Assembly (NCBI GenBank): GCA_017428155.1
Contig: JAFRRJ010000007.1
Location: forward strand, 8,357 to 72,356
DNA: 64,000 nucleotides
DNA from: Clostridiales bacterium
Lineage (GTDB): Bacteria; Bacillota; Clostridia; Saccharofermentanales; Saccharofermentanaceae
Direction of reading: 5' to 3'
A model generated the notes under the pieces. The model was not told where the DNA came from and made no database searches. It worked only from the letters and a program-made list of their open reading frames with translations. The position numbers and the translations under genes are program-made. Shown in pieces: positions 26,670 to 36,197 of the stretch; within the stretch, counting starts at the first letter, position 1, and each line of letters opens with the position of its first letter.

Positions 26670-26972
26670 CAATTAGAAAACGAATAATTAATGTAATCGG
26701 TGAGCATGTCTTGTTACTTCTTCCAGAAGTAACGCCTTATGAGTTTTGACACTGCGTATCAAAACTCAAGGCGCCCTCCGGGATTATTTACGGAAAAGAC
26801 CGACAGGATGTATTATAATCCTATCGGTCTTATTACTCTTAAACTGATGCTATGCTATGTCTTTGCACAACTGCCTTATGAACAAAAACCAAGCCGTTTA
26901 TGCTATATTAACTTACGAAGAAAACCGGAATATTTTCTTCGTAAAACTGTCATTTTGAGGGAGGATTTAAGA

Positions 26973-27227
26973 ATGGACCAGAACTCGATCCCTGAAGAAT
27001 ACCGTCCGATATCCATGTGGGGTTACTTCGGATATGAGATCTTATTCTCTATCCCGGTAATCGGTTTCATATGCCTTATCGTCATGGCATTAGCTTCAAA
27101 AAACGTTAACAAGAAGAATTTTGCAAGATCTTACTTCTGCTTCACGATCATATGCTTCATGTTATTCGCAATTATCTTTGCAATTGCTTTCTTCTCAGGC
27201 GCAGTAAATCAGGTATTCGGAGGCTAA
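26973..27227 (+). CDS. small two-TM membrane protein (84 aa)
   Basis: Start set at the ATG at 26973, behind a GAGGGAGGA RBS. The upstream 78 codons of the track ORF cross hairpins and a promoter-like site. Confidence 0.6.
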   Translation: MDQNSIPEEYRPISMWGYFGYEILFSIPVIGFICLIVMALASKNVNKKNFARSYFCFTIICFMLFAIIFAIAFFSGAVNQVFGG

Positions 27228-27264
27228 AACAGTTTGACGGGGTCATCCCCCGTCAAACTTCCTT

Positions 27265-29127
27265 TTATATATCCACTGTGGATTCCACCGTTACTATGTC
27301 TTCGTCCCTGTCAAAATTTCCGGTAATTCCGTAACCTGTATTCGGGACGAACTTTGAATATATCGTATCGCTTATTATCAGCACCAGAAGCGTCAGTCCG
27401 ATAACAAGCAGCACTTTCCTGTTAATCTTGCGTATGAGGTTATCGAGGAGCGGTGCAAGCACGTATATGAATGCCATTCCGCATATGCCGAATACCAGCA
27501 GCCCTTCCGCACTGATACGTCCGTTCAGGTTAAGAAAATATCCGCTGTAATCCCACCATTTGGCACCAAATATGACTTCAAGCGCCCATCCGGTTATATA
27601 TTCCACCGTTCCGCACATTACGATAGTTCCGACAAAGAACAGTAACGGTCTCTTGCGGAGCTTATGAAGCAGGACAAGAACAAAAAGACCGCCGAAGCCG
27701 TATATCGGAAGCCATGGGCCGTGAAGAACGCCTCTGTTGATAAGCTTTCCCTTCATGAGGAAATAGTATAAGAGCTCCCACGTCCAGCCGAAGTTGGAGA
27801 ATATAAAGAACATCATAAGCAATGAGGTCAACGAATAATGCCTCATGTAATGGATGCTGTCGAGATAAGGAATCTTGCGCTGTTCGGGGATCGGAGAAAG
27901 CCTGGAAGGATAAGATGATCCCTTTGCTTCCTTCTCAAGGCCCTGCATCTTCATCTTATATGCCTGGTTGTTCTCATATTCGATCTCATCCTTGCTGTTC
28001 CAGAGAACAACGCCGAAATGCTTGGCAAAGAACTTTTCGCGCGGTCCCTCAAGGCTCTCTAAAGAGTATTCAGGCTTCCCGATCTCAGTAAGAACATCGG
28101 AATACGTATCTGTTAGAGTCTTCTCATCTGCACCCTCGAAAAGATATTTATCGTTGAGGAGCTCTGTTCCGGGGATCTTTGCGTCTATGCTGTGCTGTCT
28201 GATCTTTGCATAGAATTCCGAGTAGCAGCATACGATATATGGATTCGTGAAGAACAGGTTGGCAAGACCAAGAGTGAACGTTCCCAGAATATACCAGCCG
28301 ATAAAGCTCATGAACATGACAAAGACCTTCCATTTATTGCCTTTCATCATGTTCCACGAAAGCTTCAAAGCCTCAACAGGCTTAACATCAGGGTTCTCGG
28401 CGATAATGTAAGGAACGAGCATAAGACCGCAGTGAACCACGGGAAATCCTATTACGCTTGCCATTCCGAGTAATTCGAACACGGTCTTTAAAGCCATTAC
28501 AAAAGAAGCTCTTGTCCAGCGCTTCATTCTGATGAAGAACAGGTATCTTGAGAACGGGATCTTCTTATAGATCCGGCCTTCAAGGAATATCCTTCTGCAG
28601 ACGGCTACATACACATTGCGTACATATAGCCACGCAAAAGCGGCGACCAGGAGTATCAGGGCAGTCATTATGACCTCCGCAACGCTCTCTGACCCCGCAA
28701 AGACGACTATTATCGAATAGATATTGGAGATAATGGTGTTCTCAGTCACATAATTGATGACCTGATTAAGGATGCCCTTTGTCCTGCCGAACATCTCGTT
28801 CGCTTTTACGCTTTTCAGAGTCTTGTTGTAAAGAGCCTCTTCTACAGCGCTGTAAAGAGAGCCTGCATCTTCATCTATCTCACGGTATGCATCTTCTATC
28901 AGCTTGACATCCTGAACACCGGTAAATTCATAAACAGCCCGGGTAGCATCAAAGATAACACGCTTGCTTGCACCGAGCACATTATCCGAAGCAAGGAATT
29001 CAACCTGCATTATGAGCGCGAAAAGACACGCCAGAACGTACATCAGATAATGATGCTTCAGGTTCGTCTTAGCTTTGTTCTTAAGCTCTTTGCGCGAAAA
29101 CAAAAATGTGTCTTTACCCTTTTCCAA
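27265..29127 (-). CDS. polytopic membrane protein, DUF975-like N-terminal half fused to a CmpB-type ('ABC-transporter type IV') C-terminal half
   Basis: 620 aa. The C-terminal block GVLHGPWLPIYGFGG matches my recollection of the PF06541-like family. Assignment is tentative. Confidence 0.55.
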   Translation of the reverse strand: MEKGKDTFLFSRKELKNKAKTNLKHHYLMYVLACLFALIMQVEFLASDNVLGASKRVIFDATRAVYEFTGVQDVKLIEDAYREIDEDAGSLYSAVEEALYNKTLKSVKANEMFGRTKGILNQVINYVTENTIISNIYSIIVVFAGSESVAEVIMTALILLVAAFAWLYVRNVYVAVCRRIFLEGRIYKKIPFSRYLFFIRMKRWTRASFVMALKTVFELLGMASVIGFPVVHCGLMLVPYIIAENPDVKPVEALKLSWNMMKGNKWKVFVMFMSFIGWYILGTFTLGLANLFFTNPYIVCCYSEFYAKIRQHSIDAKIPGTELLNDKYLFEGADEKTLTDTYSDVLTEIGKPEYSLESLEGPREKFFAKHFGVVLWNSKDEIEYENNQAYKMKMQGLEKEAKGSSYPSRLSPIPEQRKIPYLDSIHYMRHYSLTSLLMMFFIFSNFGWTWELLYYFLMKGKLINRGVLHGPWLPIYGFGGLFVLVLLHKLRKRPLLFFVGTIVMCGTVEYITGWALEVIFGAKWWDYSGYFLNLNGRISAEGLLVFGICGMAFIYVLAPLLDNLIRKINRKVLLVIGLTLLVLIISDTIYSKFVPNTGYGITGNFDRDEDIVTVESTVDI

Positions 29128-29155
29128 TGGAACACCTCCATCAGGGCTATTCTAA

Positions 29156-29203
29156 CAAAAAAAACCGTGCAAATCTTTATTAAAACAAAAAGAATTGCAC
29201 GGT
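29156..29203 (-). terminator. rho-independent terminator of the SDR gene
   Basis: 9 bp stem ACCGTGCAA/TTGCACGGT, followed on the minus strand by T9. Confidence 0.7.
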
Positions 29204-29236
29204 CAGTTAATTGCCTTAAATTCCGGGCGGTTCTGA

Positions 29237-30009
29237 TTACATTGCCGTATAGCCGCCGTCTACAGGAAGGTTTACGCCTGTAACGTATGTAGTTGCGGGA
29301 GCAGCGAGGAAACATACTGCTGTGTCGAGCTCACCGTCATTGCCGTATCTCTCGAGAGGGATCATTGTTCTTGCATTAGCCTGGAAGAATTCAGAATCCA
29401 AAGTCTCTTTTGTAAGAGGACTGTAGAAATAGCCGGGGCAGATGGAGTTGACTGTGATACCGTACTTACCCCACTCGGAAGCCAATGCTCTTGTAAGGTT
29501 GACTACGCCGCCCTTAGCTGCGTGATAAGGAGATGCAGGAGCAACTTTGTTTCCTACAAGACCGTACATTGAAGCGATGTTGATGACTCTTCCGAAGCCG
29601 GCAGGAATCATTGCCTTCTTAGCAATGGATCTAGCCATTCTGAAAGAACCGAAGAGGTCGATGTCGATCTCGTTCATGAACTGCTCATCAGTGATGTCTT
29701 CTGCGGGAGCTACAGCACCTGTACCGGCGTTGTTTACGAGGATGTCGATCCTGCCCATCTTTGCAAGGATCTCATCTGTTGCTGCTTCAACTGCTGCTGT
29801 GTCTGTAATGTCAAGCTTAACTGCAAGTGTCTTTACGCCGTATGTCTTCTCGATATCAGCGCAGACTTCATCAAGCAGATTCTGGCGGCGAGCAATGGCT
29901 ACGATATTACAGCCCTGATTTGCAAGAGCCTTAGCCATCTGAACACCGAGTCCTGTGGAGCAGCCTGTAATAACAGCTACTCTTCCCGTTAAATCAAAAA
30001 TGTTAGCCA
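29237..30009 (-). CDS. short-chain dehydrogenase/reductase (gluconate 5-dehydrogenase / KduD-like)
   Basis: ITGCSTGLGVQMA, NNAG and YHAAKGGV motifs. Start set at MANIF (30009), behind a GAGGTGG RBS; the track ORF starts at 30082. Confidence 0.8.
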
Positions 30010-30274
30010 TATCCATTCCACCTCTGTTTGTATTATAGCCGGAGTCATTCTTAACTCCACCGAGATTATACAAAAGTGCCACTTAGTCATTAAGTCAAAA
30101 TCTCTTTCTTTTTGAACAAATTCCAGCCCTCATGTGATGTTTCCATTAAGTTTTAATCTCGTTTGCACATATTAGCCACGGAATGATTTTCAGTTCTCAT
30201 GTTGAGAGGTCTTTCGGCTTTAAAATTTGGTATATAATGAGTCTATTCAATTTAAAGGCAGGAGGACTTATGCT

Positions 30275-30628
30275 ATGAAGTTTTTCAGAGGCAAGTGCGG
30301 AACAGTTGTAACCAAACTTTTCGAGACTGACTGCGAGGGCGGTCACCTTGAAGAACTTATCCCTAACACCACAGACGCAGCCGGAGAGAAACACGTTCCT
30401 GTTATCGTGACTGACGGTCAGCAGGTAACAGTAACTGTCGGTGAAGTAGCACATCCCATGCTCGATGCTCATTACATCACCTTCATAGCATTGGAAACAG
30501 ACAAAGGTGCTATCGTAAGATATCTTAAGCCCGGAGATGAGCCCAGGGCAGTATTCACTATCGGATCTGACGAGAAAGTCATTGCAGCATACGAATATTG
30601 CAATCTCCACGGTCTTTGGAAAGCATAA
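30275..30628 (+). CDS. superoxide reductase (desulfoferrodoxin family; N-terminal domain lacks the full Cys4 site)
   Basis: Centre II ligand blocks EKHVP, HPMLDAHYI and CNLHGLW. The N-terminal domain has only 2 Cys. Start at 30275, after an AGGAGGA RBS. Confidence 0.85.
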   Translation: MKFFRGKCGTVVTKLFETDCEGGHLEELIPNTTDAAGEKHVPVIVTDGQQVTVTVGEVAHPMLDAHYITFIALETDKGAIVRYLKPGDEPRAVFTIGSDEKVIAAYEYCNLHGLWKA

Positions 30629-30646
30629 TTGCCTTAAGATCAGTTA

Positions 30647-32194
30647 ATGCAGCAGAAAGATCTTAGAACGGACATCAAGATCGCAAGGAAAGAACTTGTG
30701 ATCCTTATAATTTTTGCTACAGTCACGATGACTTTCGTGTCTACAAGTTCGCCTCTGTATCCGTTTAATCCCTGGGATGATGCCAACTGTTTTTTTACGC
30801 TGGGCAGAGGAATAATCCACGGACGCGTGCCTTACCGGGATCTCTATGAACAGAAGGGTCCGCTTCTTTATTTTCTTTATGCTTTTGCGGCAGTTATCTC
30901 CGAGAAATCATTTACAGGCGCATGGATAATTGAATGCGTTGCAGCTTCTGTTTATTCCGTCTACTCATGGAAGATCATAAAACTGCTTACCGGTTCATCC
31001 GGACATTTAATTACTGTTGTTCCGCTTCTTACCGGTATCATCTATACTTCAAAGCTATTCAACTTCGGCGGGAACGCGGAAGAGCTCTGCTTTCCCCTTA
31101 TAACCATCGCACTTTACTTCGGTCTTAAGGCTGTCATTGAAGGAGACTGTATTCCTTCGGGCAAAGAAGCTCTTTTCACGGGGATCATAACAGGTGCTCT
31201 ATTCTGGATAAAATACACATTCACAGGCTTCACATTAGGTTTTATCGTTTTCATCCTCATTGTTGCTGTAAGGGATAAAGCCTTTAAGAAGCTTTGGTCT
31301 CTCGTTTGGAGATTTCTTTTAGGATTTGCCGCCGTTTCCGCTCCCATACTTCTTTATTTCCTCGTTAACAGAGCTTTAGGAGCACTCTGGGAAGCATACT
31401 TTTACAACAACATCTTCCTGTATTACAACGGGATCAAGACATACGGAATTGCAAGCATTCCCTTGATCAGGAATCTGTATTTCCCTGCAAGAGGTTTTTT
31501 CAATATTGCGATAATCTATAAAGCATACGGAGTCATGCTTCTCCTTACGCTATCATCACTCTTCTTTATCAATAAGAAATACCGCTTGAAGGTAATACTG
31601 TTTTCCGTCATCACCTTCGTGCCTCTGGCCTGTCTCACATTCTCCAGAGCGGCGTTTATATACTATTACGGCTACATTTTCGCATACGGCTTCTGCATGG
31701 GAACTATCCCTGTGGTAAAACTGATCATCTGGATTGAGAACAAGGCTAAGACCAAAAAGAATCTCATAACAAAATTTATAGCTGCAACGCTTGTTATCAT
31801 CAGCATGTTATCGGTCGCACTAAGCAAGAACACTTATCTCATGTTCAAGCCGAAGTCTTTCCTTAATCAGTTCCGCATTGCAGAAACGATCAACCAGACT
31901 CCTGAAGCCAAGATACTTACATATAAGGTCATGGACTCGGGATTTTTTACTGCCGCAGGACTTCTTCCCGTCAACAGATTCTATTGCTTCCTTAATCTTG
32001 AATCTTTCTATCCCGCAATCTCAGAGGAACAGCACAGACTGATCGAAGAAGGATACTTCGACTACATTGTCACTTCCTATTTCTGCGAGGAAGAATGGGA
32101 TAACTACGAACTTGTTCAGGTCGAGACTTACCTGTTCGTCGATTTTACCGGCGAACCTATCCTTGACGGTCACAAGCTTTATAAAAGGGTCTGA
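30647..32194 (+). CDS. polytopic membrane glycosyltransferase (GT39/ArnT-PMT-like)
   Basis: 515 aa with at least 10 TM segments. The early loop PFNPWDDANCFFTLGRG...PYRDLYEQKGPL resembles the DxD-type loop of the family. Tentative. Confidence 0.5.
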   Translation: MQQKDLRTDIKIARKELVILIIFATVTMTFVSTSSPLYPFNPWDDANCFFTLGRGIIHGRVPYRDLYEQKGPLLYFLYAFAAVISEKSFTGAWIIECVAASVYSVYSWKIIKLLTGSSGHLITVVPLLTGIIYTSKLFNFGGNAEELCFPLITIALYFGLKAVIEGDCIPSGKEALFTGIITGALFWIKYTFTGFTLGFIVFILIVAVRDKAFKKLWSLVWRFLLGFAAVSAPILLYFLVNRALGALWEAYFYNNIFLYYNGIKTYGIASIPLIRNLYFPARGFFNIAIIYKAYGVMLLLTLSSLFFINKKYRLKVILFSVITFVPLACLTFSRAAFIYYYGYIFAYGFCMGTIPVVKLIIWIENKAKTKKNLITKFIAATLVIISMLSVALSKNTYLMFKPKSFLNQFRIAETINQTPEAKILTYKVMDSGFFTAAGLLPVNRFYCFLNLESFYPAISEEQHRLIEEGYFDYIVTSYFCEEEWDNYELVQVETYLFVDFTGEPILDGHKLYKRV

Positions 32195-33316
32195 TCAGAT
32201 AACCAGCCTCTTAACATAAGGATGAACGAGCAGGGGATTTACCTGAACCTTAACGATATCGCCTTCCTTGGCAGGGCACTCGGTAACATCAACAGTCATG
32301 TGTGATACTCCGATCCTTCCGATTACAGGGCTTTGTCTGCCGTTTATCCAGACGCTGAGCACCGGATCCTCCTTGATCCTTCTTATCATGTTCCTGATGA
32401 TGCTGCAAAGCGAGAAATCCATCGCGCCCTTCTGGATAAGTCCGATTCCGCAGCCGGTTCCTACTCTTACTACTGCAAGCGAGCTGTCTCTCTTTAAGGA
32501 AGCTTCTCCGCTGTATCCGATGTGTTCGCCCTCCTGTCTGTTATAGACAGAGAACACTTTAGATTCGAGCCAGACTGCTTCTCTAAGTCCGCTCTTTACA
32601 GAAGATTTTCCGAGAAGAGCACTTCCGACCCTGATCGCATCATAGCCTAAGGAACCGAAGGTCAATGCTGCTTTTGAATTTGATATATGGCACACACCGG
32701 GCTCGACGCCCATTGCCTTGATCCTGCTTATGGCCTGCTCGAAAACCTGCACCTGTCTGTCAACGCTCTTCTTATAATTCGTCGCGCTTCCGGCCAAATG
32801 AGTAAAGCATCCTTCGAATGAGAGATAATCCGTTAAGTGCTTGAAATTCGGCATATCATCAACATTAAAACCATATCTTCCCAATCCGGAATCTATCTGT
32901 ATATGAACTCTCGGCCTCTTTCCTGTAAGTCCGTAGATAGCCTTTAATTCAGGTATCTGCTTCTCATTACCCAAAGCGATTACGACATTATGGGTAACCA
33001 TAAGCAAAAGCTCACTGTAATCCGAGATCGGTGTCAGCATAAGAATGTCCGTTTTGCATCCTTCCCTTCTCAAAGCGACAGCCTCACAAGGGGATGTAAC
33101 GGCATACATGAAAATATCCTCGTCCTTTATAATGTTATACAGATTGGCAACACCAAGTCCGTATCCGTTCTCTTTAACGACCGCGATAAGCTTGGATCCG
33201 GTCGACTCTTTTAAATATCTTACATTACTTACAATAGCTTCGTGATTGATCACCAATGTGGCGTTCTTATCAAAACAGCTGTTGTTACTCATGTCGTCAA
33301 ATAATTCGTCACACAT
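32195..33316 (-). CDS. alanine racemase family protein (diverged)
   Basis: PLP-lysine block AVVKENGYGLG, a catalytic-Tyr region IGYSG, and C-terminal GRIGVSHMTVDVT. Several canonical blocks are diverged. Confidence 0.65.
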   Translation of the reverse strand: MCDELFDDMSNNSCFDKNATLVINHEAIVSNVRYLKESTGSKLIAVVKENGYGLGVANLYNIIKDEDIFMYAVTSPCEAVALRREGCKTDILMLTPISDYSELLLMVTHNVVIALGNEKQIPELKAIYGLTGKRPRVHIQIDSGLGRYGFNVDDMPNFKHLTDYLSFEGCFTHLAGSATNYKKSVDRQVQVFEQAISRIKAMGVEPGVCHISNSKAALTFGSLGYDAIRVGSALLGKSSVKSGLREAVWLESKVFSVYNRQEGEHIGYSGEASLKRDSSLAVVRVGTGCGIGLIQKGAMDFSLCSIIRNMIRRIKEDPVLSVWINGRQSPVIGRIGVSHMTVDVTECPAKEGDIVKVQVNPLLVHPYVKRLVI

Positions 33317-33512
33317 AAAGAAACCTCACTTTCATGAGTTAAGGTTAATTCTGTGAATTTTCAAATCATATTCATATCAGCATCAAAACGACAACAATAT
33401 TGTGAGAAAAATTAGGCTAAACTGGTGCAGCAGGCTTTCAAAACAGCCTGCAAAAACGCCTGAAAGCCATATTTTTGCCGGCATTTCATGCGATCAGCCC
33501 CACAAAGCTATA

Positions 33513-34730
33513 TTAAACAATCTGGAATATATAGAATTTTAGATAATCCGTCTCCGGAACATTCCAGAGTATCGGATGATCAGGCGCTTGAGTCCTTGCC
33601 TCTATCTGCCTCAGACTGACGCTCGCATCCCTTGCGGCAGACGCCAGCATCTTCCTGAAAAGCTCATCGGTCATGAAGTGCGAGCATGAGCACGTGGCTA
33701 GATATCCGCCTCTCGGAAGGAGCTTCATTGCTTTAAGATTGATCTCTTTATATCCCCTTCCTGCAGAATCAACCGTCTGCCTTGATTTGGTAAATGCTGG
33801 AGGGTCAAGGATTATATAATCGAATCTGTGGTCTTTCTTCTCTGCCATGCTTGTCAGGAGCTCGAAAACATCCTCGCAGACATAATCGATCTTATCCTCA
33901 AGACCATTCCTTACGGCGTTCTCACGTGCCATTTCTATAGCCTGTGATGAAATATCAACACTGGTTACGTGCTTTGCTCCGTTGTATGCGCAGTTAAGGC
34001 CGAATGAGCCGGTATGCGTAAAGCAGTCTAAAACATTCTTATCCTTTGCGATCCTCGCTGCTGCGAGCCTGTTATATTTCTGATCAAGGAAAAAGCCTGT
34101 CTTCTGGCCGTTAGCGACATCAACGGAATACCGGATCCCATTCTCCGTTATCTCTGTGATGCAGGAATGCTCCCCGCCGCCATACCAGCCCTTATAAAGG
34201 TCAAGCCCTTCCTTTGTCCTCAAAGCGAGCTCATTTCTCTCATAAATACCCTTAAGAGGCTGTCCTGTCTCCTCAAAAACATCTGTCAAAGCTCTGTATA
34301 TCTCTTCTTTTCTCTGCTCCAGGCCAAGACATGCTATCTGTGTTACGGCAATATCTCCGTATCTGTCACAGGTAAATCCGGGCATCTGATCAGCTTCGCC
34401 GTGGATGATCCTGCAGCATCTGAAATCATCACCCTGCATTACCGTCATCCTGTAGCGGACAGCATAAAGGATACGTCTGTACCAGAACTTATAATCGAAG
34501 ACATCATTAGTATTCCTGGATATTATCCTTACCAAGATCTTGGACTGTGAATTATAAAACCCCGCGCCCTGCCATCCGGCTCCCTCAAAACAGTCGGCAA
34601 TACAGCCGTCAGTAAGATCACCTTCGGTTGAAATGATCTCATCCGCATAAACCCAAGGATGCCCGTTTTTTAAGGATCTGGCAGCTTTGGAAGTGATAAA
34701 TATCTTAGGAAAAGGTCTTGTCTGCTTCAT
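33513..34730 (-). CDS. rlmI: class I SAM-dependent rRNA (cytosine-C5) methyltransferase, RlmI-like (PUA + MTase)
   Basis: N-terminal KNGHPWVY (PUA), LDCFTHTGSFGL (SAM motif I) and ILDPPAF (motif IV). Start at MKQTRPF (34730), with an AAGGA RBS. Confidence 0.8.
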   Translation of the reverse strand: MKQTRPFPKIFITSKAARSLKNGHPWVYADEIISTEGDLTDGCIADCFEGAGWQGAGFYNSQSKILVRIISRNTNDVFDYKFWYRRILYAVRYRMTVMQGDDFRCCRIIHGEADQMPGFTCDRYGDIAVTQIACLGLEQRKEEIYRALTDVFEETGQPLKGIYERNELALRTKEGLDLYKGWYGGGEHSCITEITENGIRYSVDVANGQKTGFFLDQKYNRLAAARIAKDKNVLDCFTHTGSFGLNCAYNGAKHVTSVDISSQAIEMARENAVRNGLEDKIDYVCEDVFELLTSMAEKKDHRFDYIILDPPAFTKSRQTVDSAGRGYKEINLKAMKLLPRGGYLATCSCSHFMTDELFRKMLASAARDASVSLRQIEARTQAPDHPILWNVPETDYLKFYIFQIV

Positions 34731-34744
34731 TATGAATCCTTTGC

Positions 34745-35230
34745 TCAGGCCCAGGGATCTTCTGACTTGGGCGGTCTTATCATGGCAAGAAGCATCTGGT
34801 CTTCCACAAACCACTGATCAGTGGAAGGCTTATGGCGGAGCAGGATATGGCGCTTGGAATCAGCACCGGATGATGTCATGTATATCTTTATCCTGCCGTC
34901 TAACTCTCCGTCAACGCCTCTCTCGGCTTCGATAGTATAAGGCATGGAAGGTGTGTAATCATTCTCGGGAGAAGTCCCCTTAAAGAAAGAGCGCACCACA
35001 TGGTCTCCGTCAGCCATTCTGTCTGCAAGAAAGCTCTTCTCATAAGGCGTCAGTCCGTAAGATCCCTTGAGGAATTCGAGCATCTTATAAGTCTGTTCCT
35101 TATCCTTCGAATAATTCATCATTACGGCAACGAAGAGTGCTGCGCTGTATTCAGGTTCATTAAGCGAAGCATAAGGCAAAGCCATAAGCTCTTCAAGACT
35201 TACAGGAAGCTTATCGAATGAAATGTCCAT
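34745..35230 (-). CDS. hypothetical protein (161 aa)
   Basis: Clean ORF with no recognised motif. Confidence 0.45.
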   Translation of the reverse strand: MDISFDKLPVSLEELMALPYASLNEPEYSAALFVAVMMNYSKDKEQTYKMLEFLKGSYGLTPYEKSFLADRMADGDHVVRSFFKGTSPENDYTPSMPYTIEAERGVDGELDGRIKIYMTSSGADSKRHILLRHKPSTDQWFVEDQMLLAMIRPPKSEDPWA

Positions 35231-35353
35231 AGAACTGTCCTCCTCTTAAGACCGGATAGTAGTTAACTTATATTTTAAGATTATAACATTAAGGCAGAGC
35301 ATCCGTTCTGCAAATGCTCTGCCTCAAAATACGGAGATTCCGGCAATAACAGA

Positions 35354-35935
35354 TTAAACAGCACTGCGCTTCTCTGAAGGAATATCGTAAAGCGTAACTA
35401 CAGATCCGAATGAATCAATGATCCTCTTCACCTTGTCGCTGCCCATACGGTATGTGCTGCAAATGTAGTTAATGGACTTGTGCTCATTGAAGTACACAAT
35501 GGCAACAAGAGCATTCTCTATACTGGTGTCCATCAGGGAGTTGACCTTATCCCAGAAAGTCCCTGAAGAAGTCACGCAGTCAATATATCTGGTATCGACG
35601 GGCAAAAGCTTAATTCCCATGACCTCATAATAATATCTGCCTATAAGGTCACAAACCTTACGGACATAGCGTCTGATGGTCCTGTGGGTATAGTATGCCG
35701 TGTTTGCTATCTCCTGCTCAGATTCTCTGGACTGAAGATAGATGACAGCAGCCTTGTATTCGTAGTCCCTCATATTGGACGAGGCATATTCCATAGCATT
35801 CTTAATGTTATCCCTGATCCTCGAATATGTGACGGCATGCTCGGCATAACCGTTATTGGCCAGAGTTCTTACCGCACTGTCGATCATGTAGGGTCTTCTG
35901 AAAATATCTTTTACCGTACAGTTAAAAACGATCAT
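35354..35935 (-). CDS. hypothetical protein with two sigma-70 region-4-like HTH segments
   Basis: GGAGGG RBS before the ATG at 35935. The segments SEQEIANTAYYTHRTIRRYVRKV and SINYICSTYRMGSDKVKRIIDSF look like HTH units. Confidence 0.45.
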   Translation of the reverse strand: MIVFNCTVKDIFRRPYMIDSAVRTLANNGYAEHAVTYSRIRDNIKNAMEYASSNMRDYEYKAAVIYLQSRESEQEIANTAYYTHRTIRRYVRKVCDLIGRYYYEVMGIKLLPVDTRYIDCVTSSGTFWDKVNSLMDTSIENALVAIVYFNEHKSINYICSTYRMGSDKVKRIIDSFGSVVTLYDIPSEKRSAV

Positions 35936-36197
35936 TACTAACCCTCCACTTTACAAAATCTTTCACAAAACAGAACAAATGTATGCTATTATGTGCTAAT
36001 GATACCACCACATCAGTCAGATGTAAATGGAGATTTCAAATCATAATACTATATATTGGGGTTTATCCAACTTTATAAGTATGGTTATCTCAATTAATTC
36101 TATGCTATTAAATATATAATATATTTTAATATATAATAGCCCGGCCCTGAATACACAGGACCGGGCTGAATATTTATATGGGAACATCCGCCGATGT

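Larger units (their letters stand above)
20230..26700. mobile_element. putative integrative element (about 6.4 kb) mobilised by a large serine recombinase; boundaries approximate
   Basis: Terminal recombinase gene, a TnpW-like gene and accessory BlaI/BlaR1-type cargo. The right end is non-coding and structured. By eye it is visibly more AT-rich than the flanks. Confidence 0.55.

Noticed and set aside
26760-26800. GGAGGGCGCC on the minus strand as a remnant of a lysine riboswitch split from lysA by the element insertion
   Set aside because: There is only a vague resemblance to the L-box AGAGGCGC core, and no other L-box helices are recognisable. This is pure speculation.
26739-26972. Long form (162 aa) of the ORF ending at 27227
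   Set aside because: The first 78 codons cross several perfect hairpins and a promoter-like site and have no RBS. The internal ATG at 26973 has a strong GAGGGAGGA RBS and yields a coherent two-TM protein.
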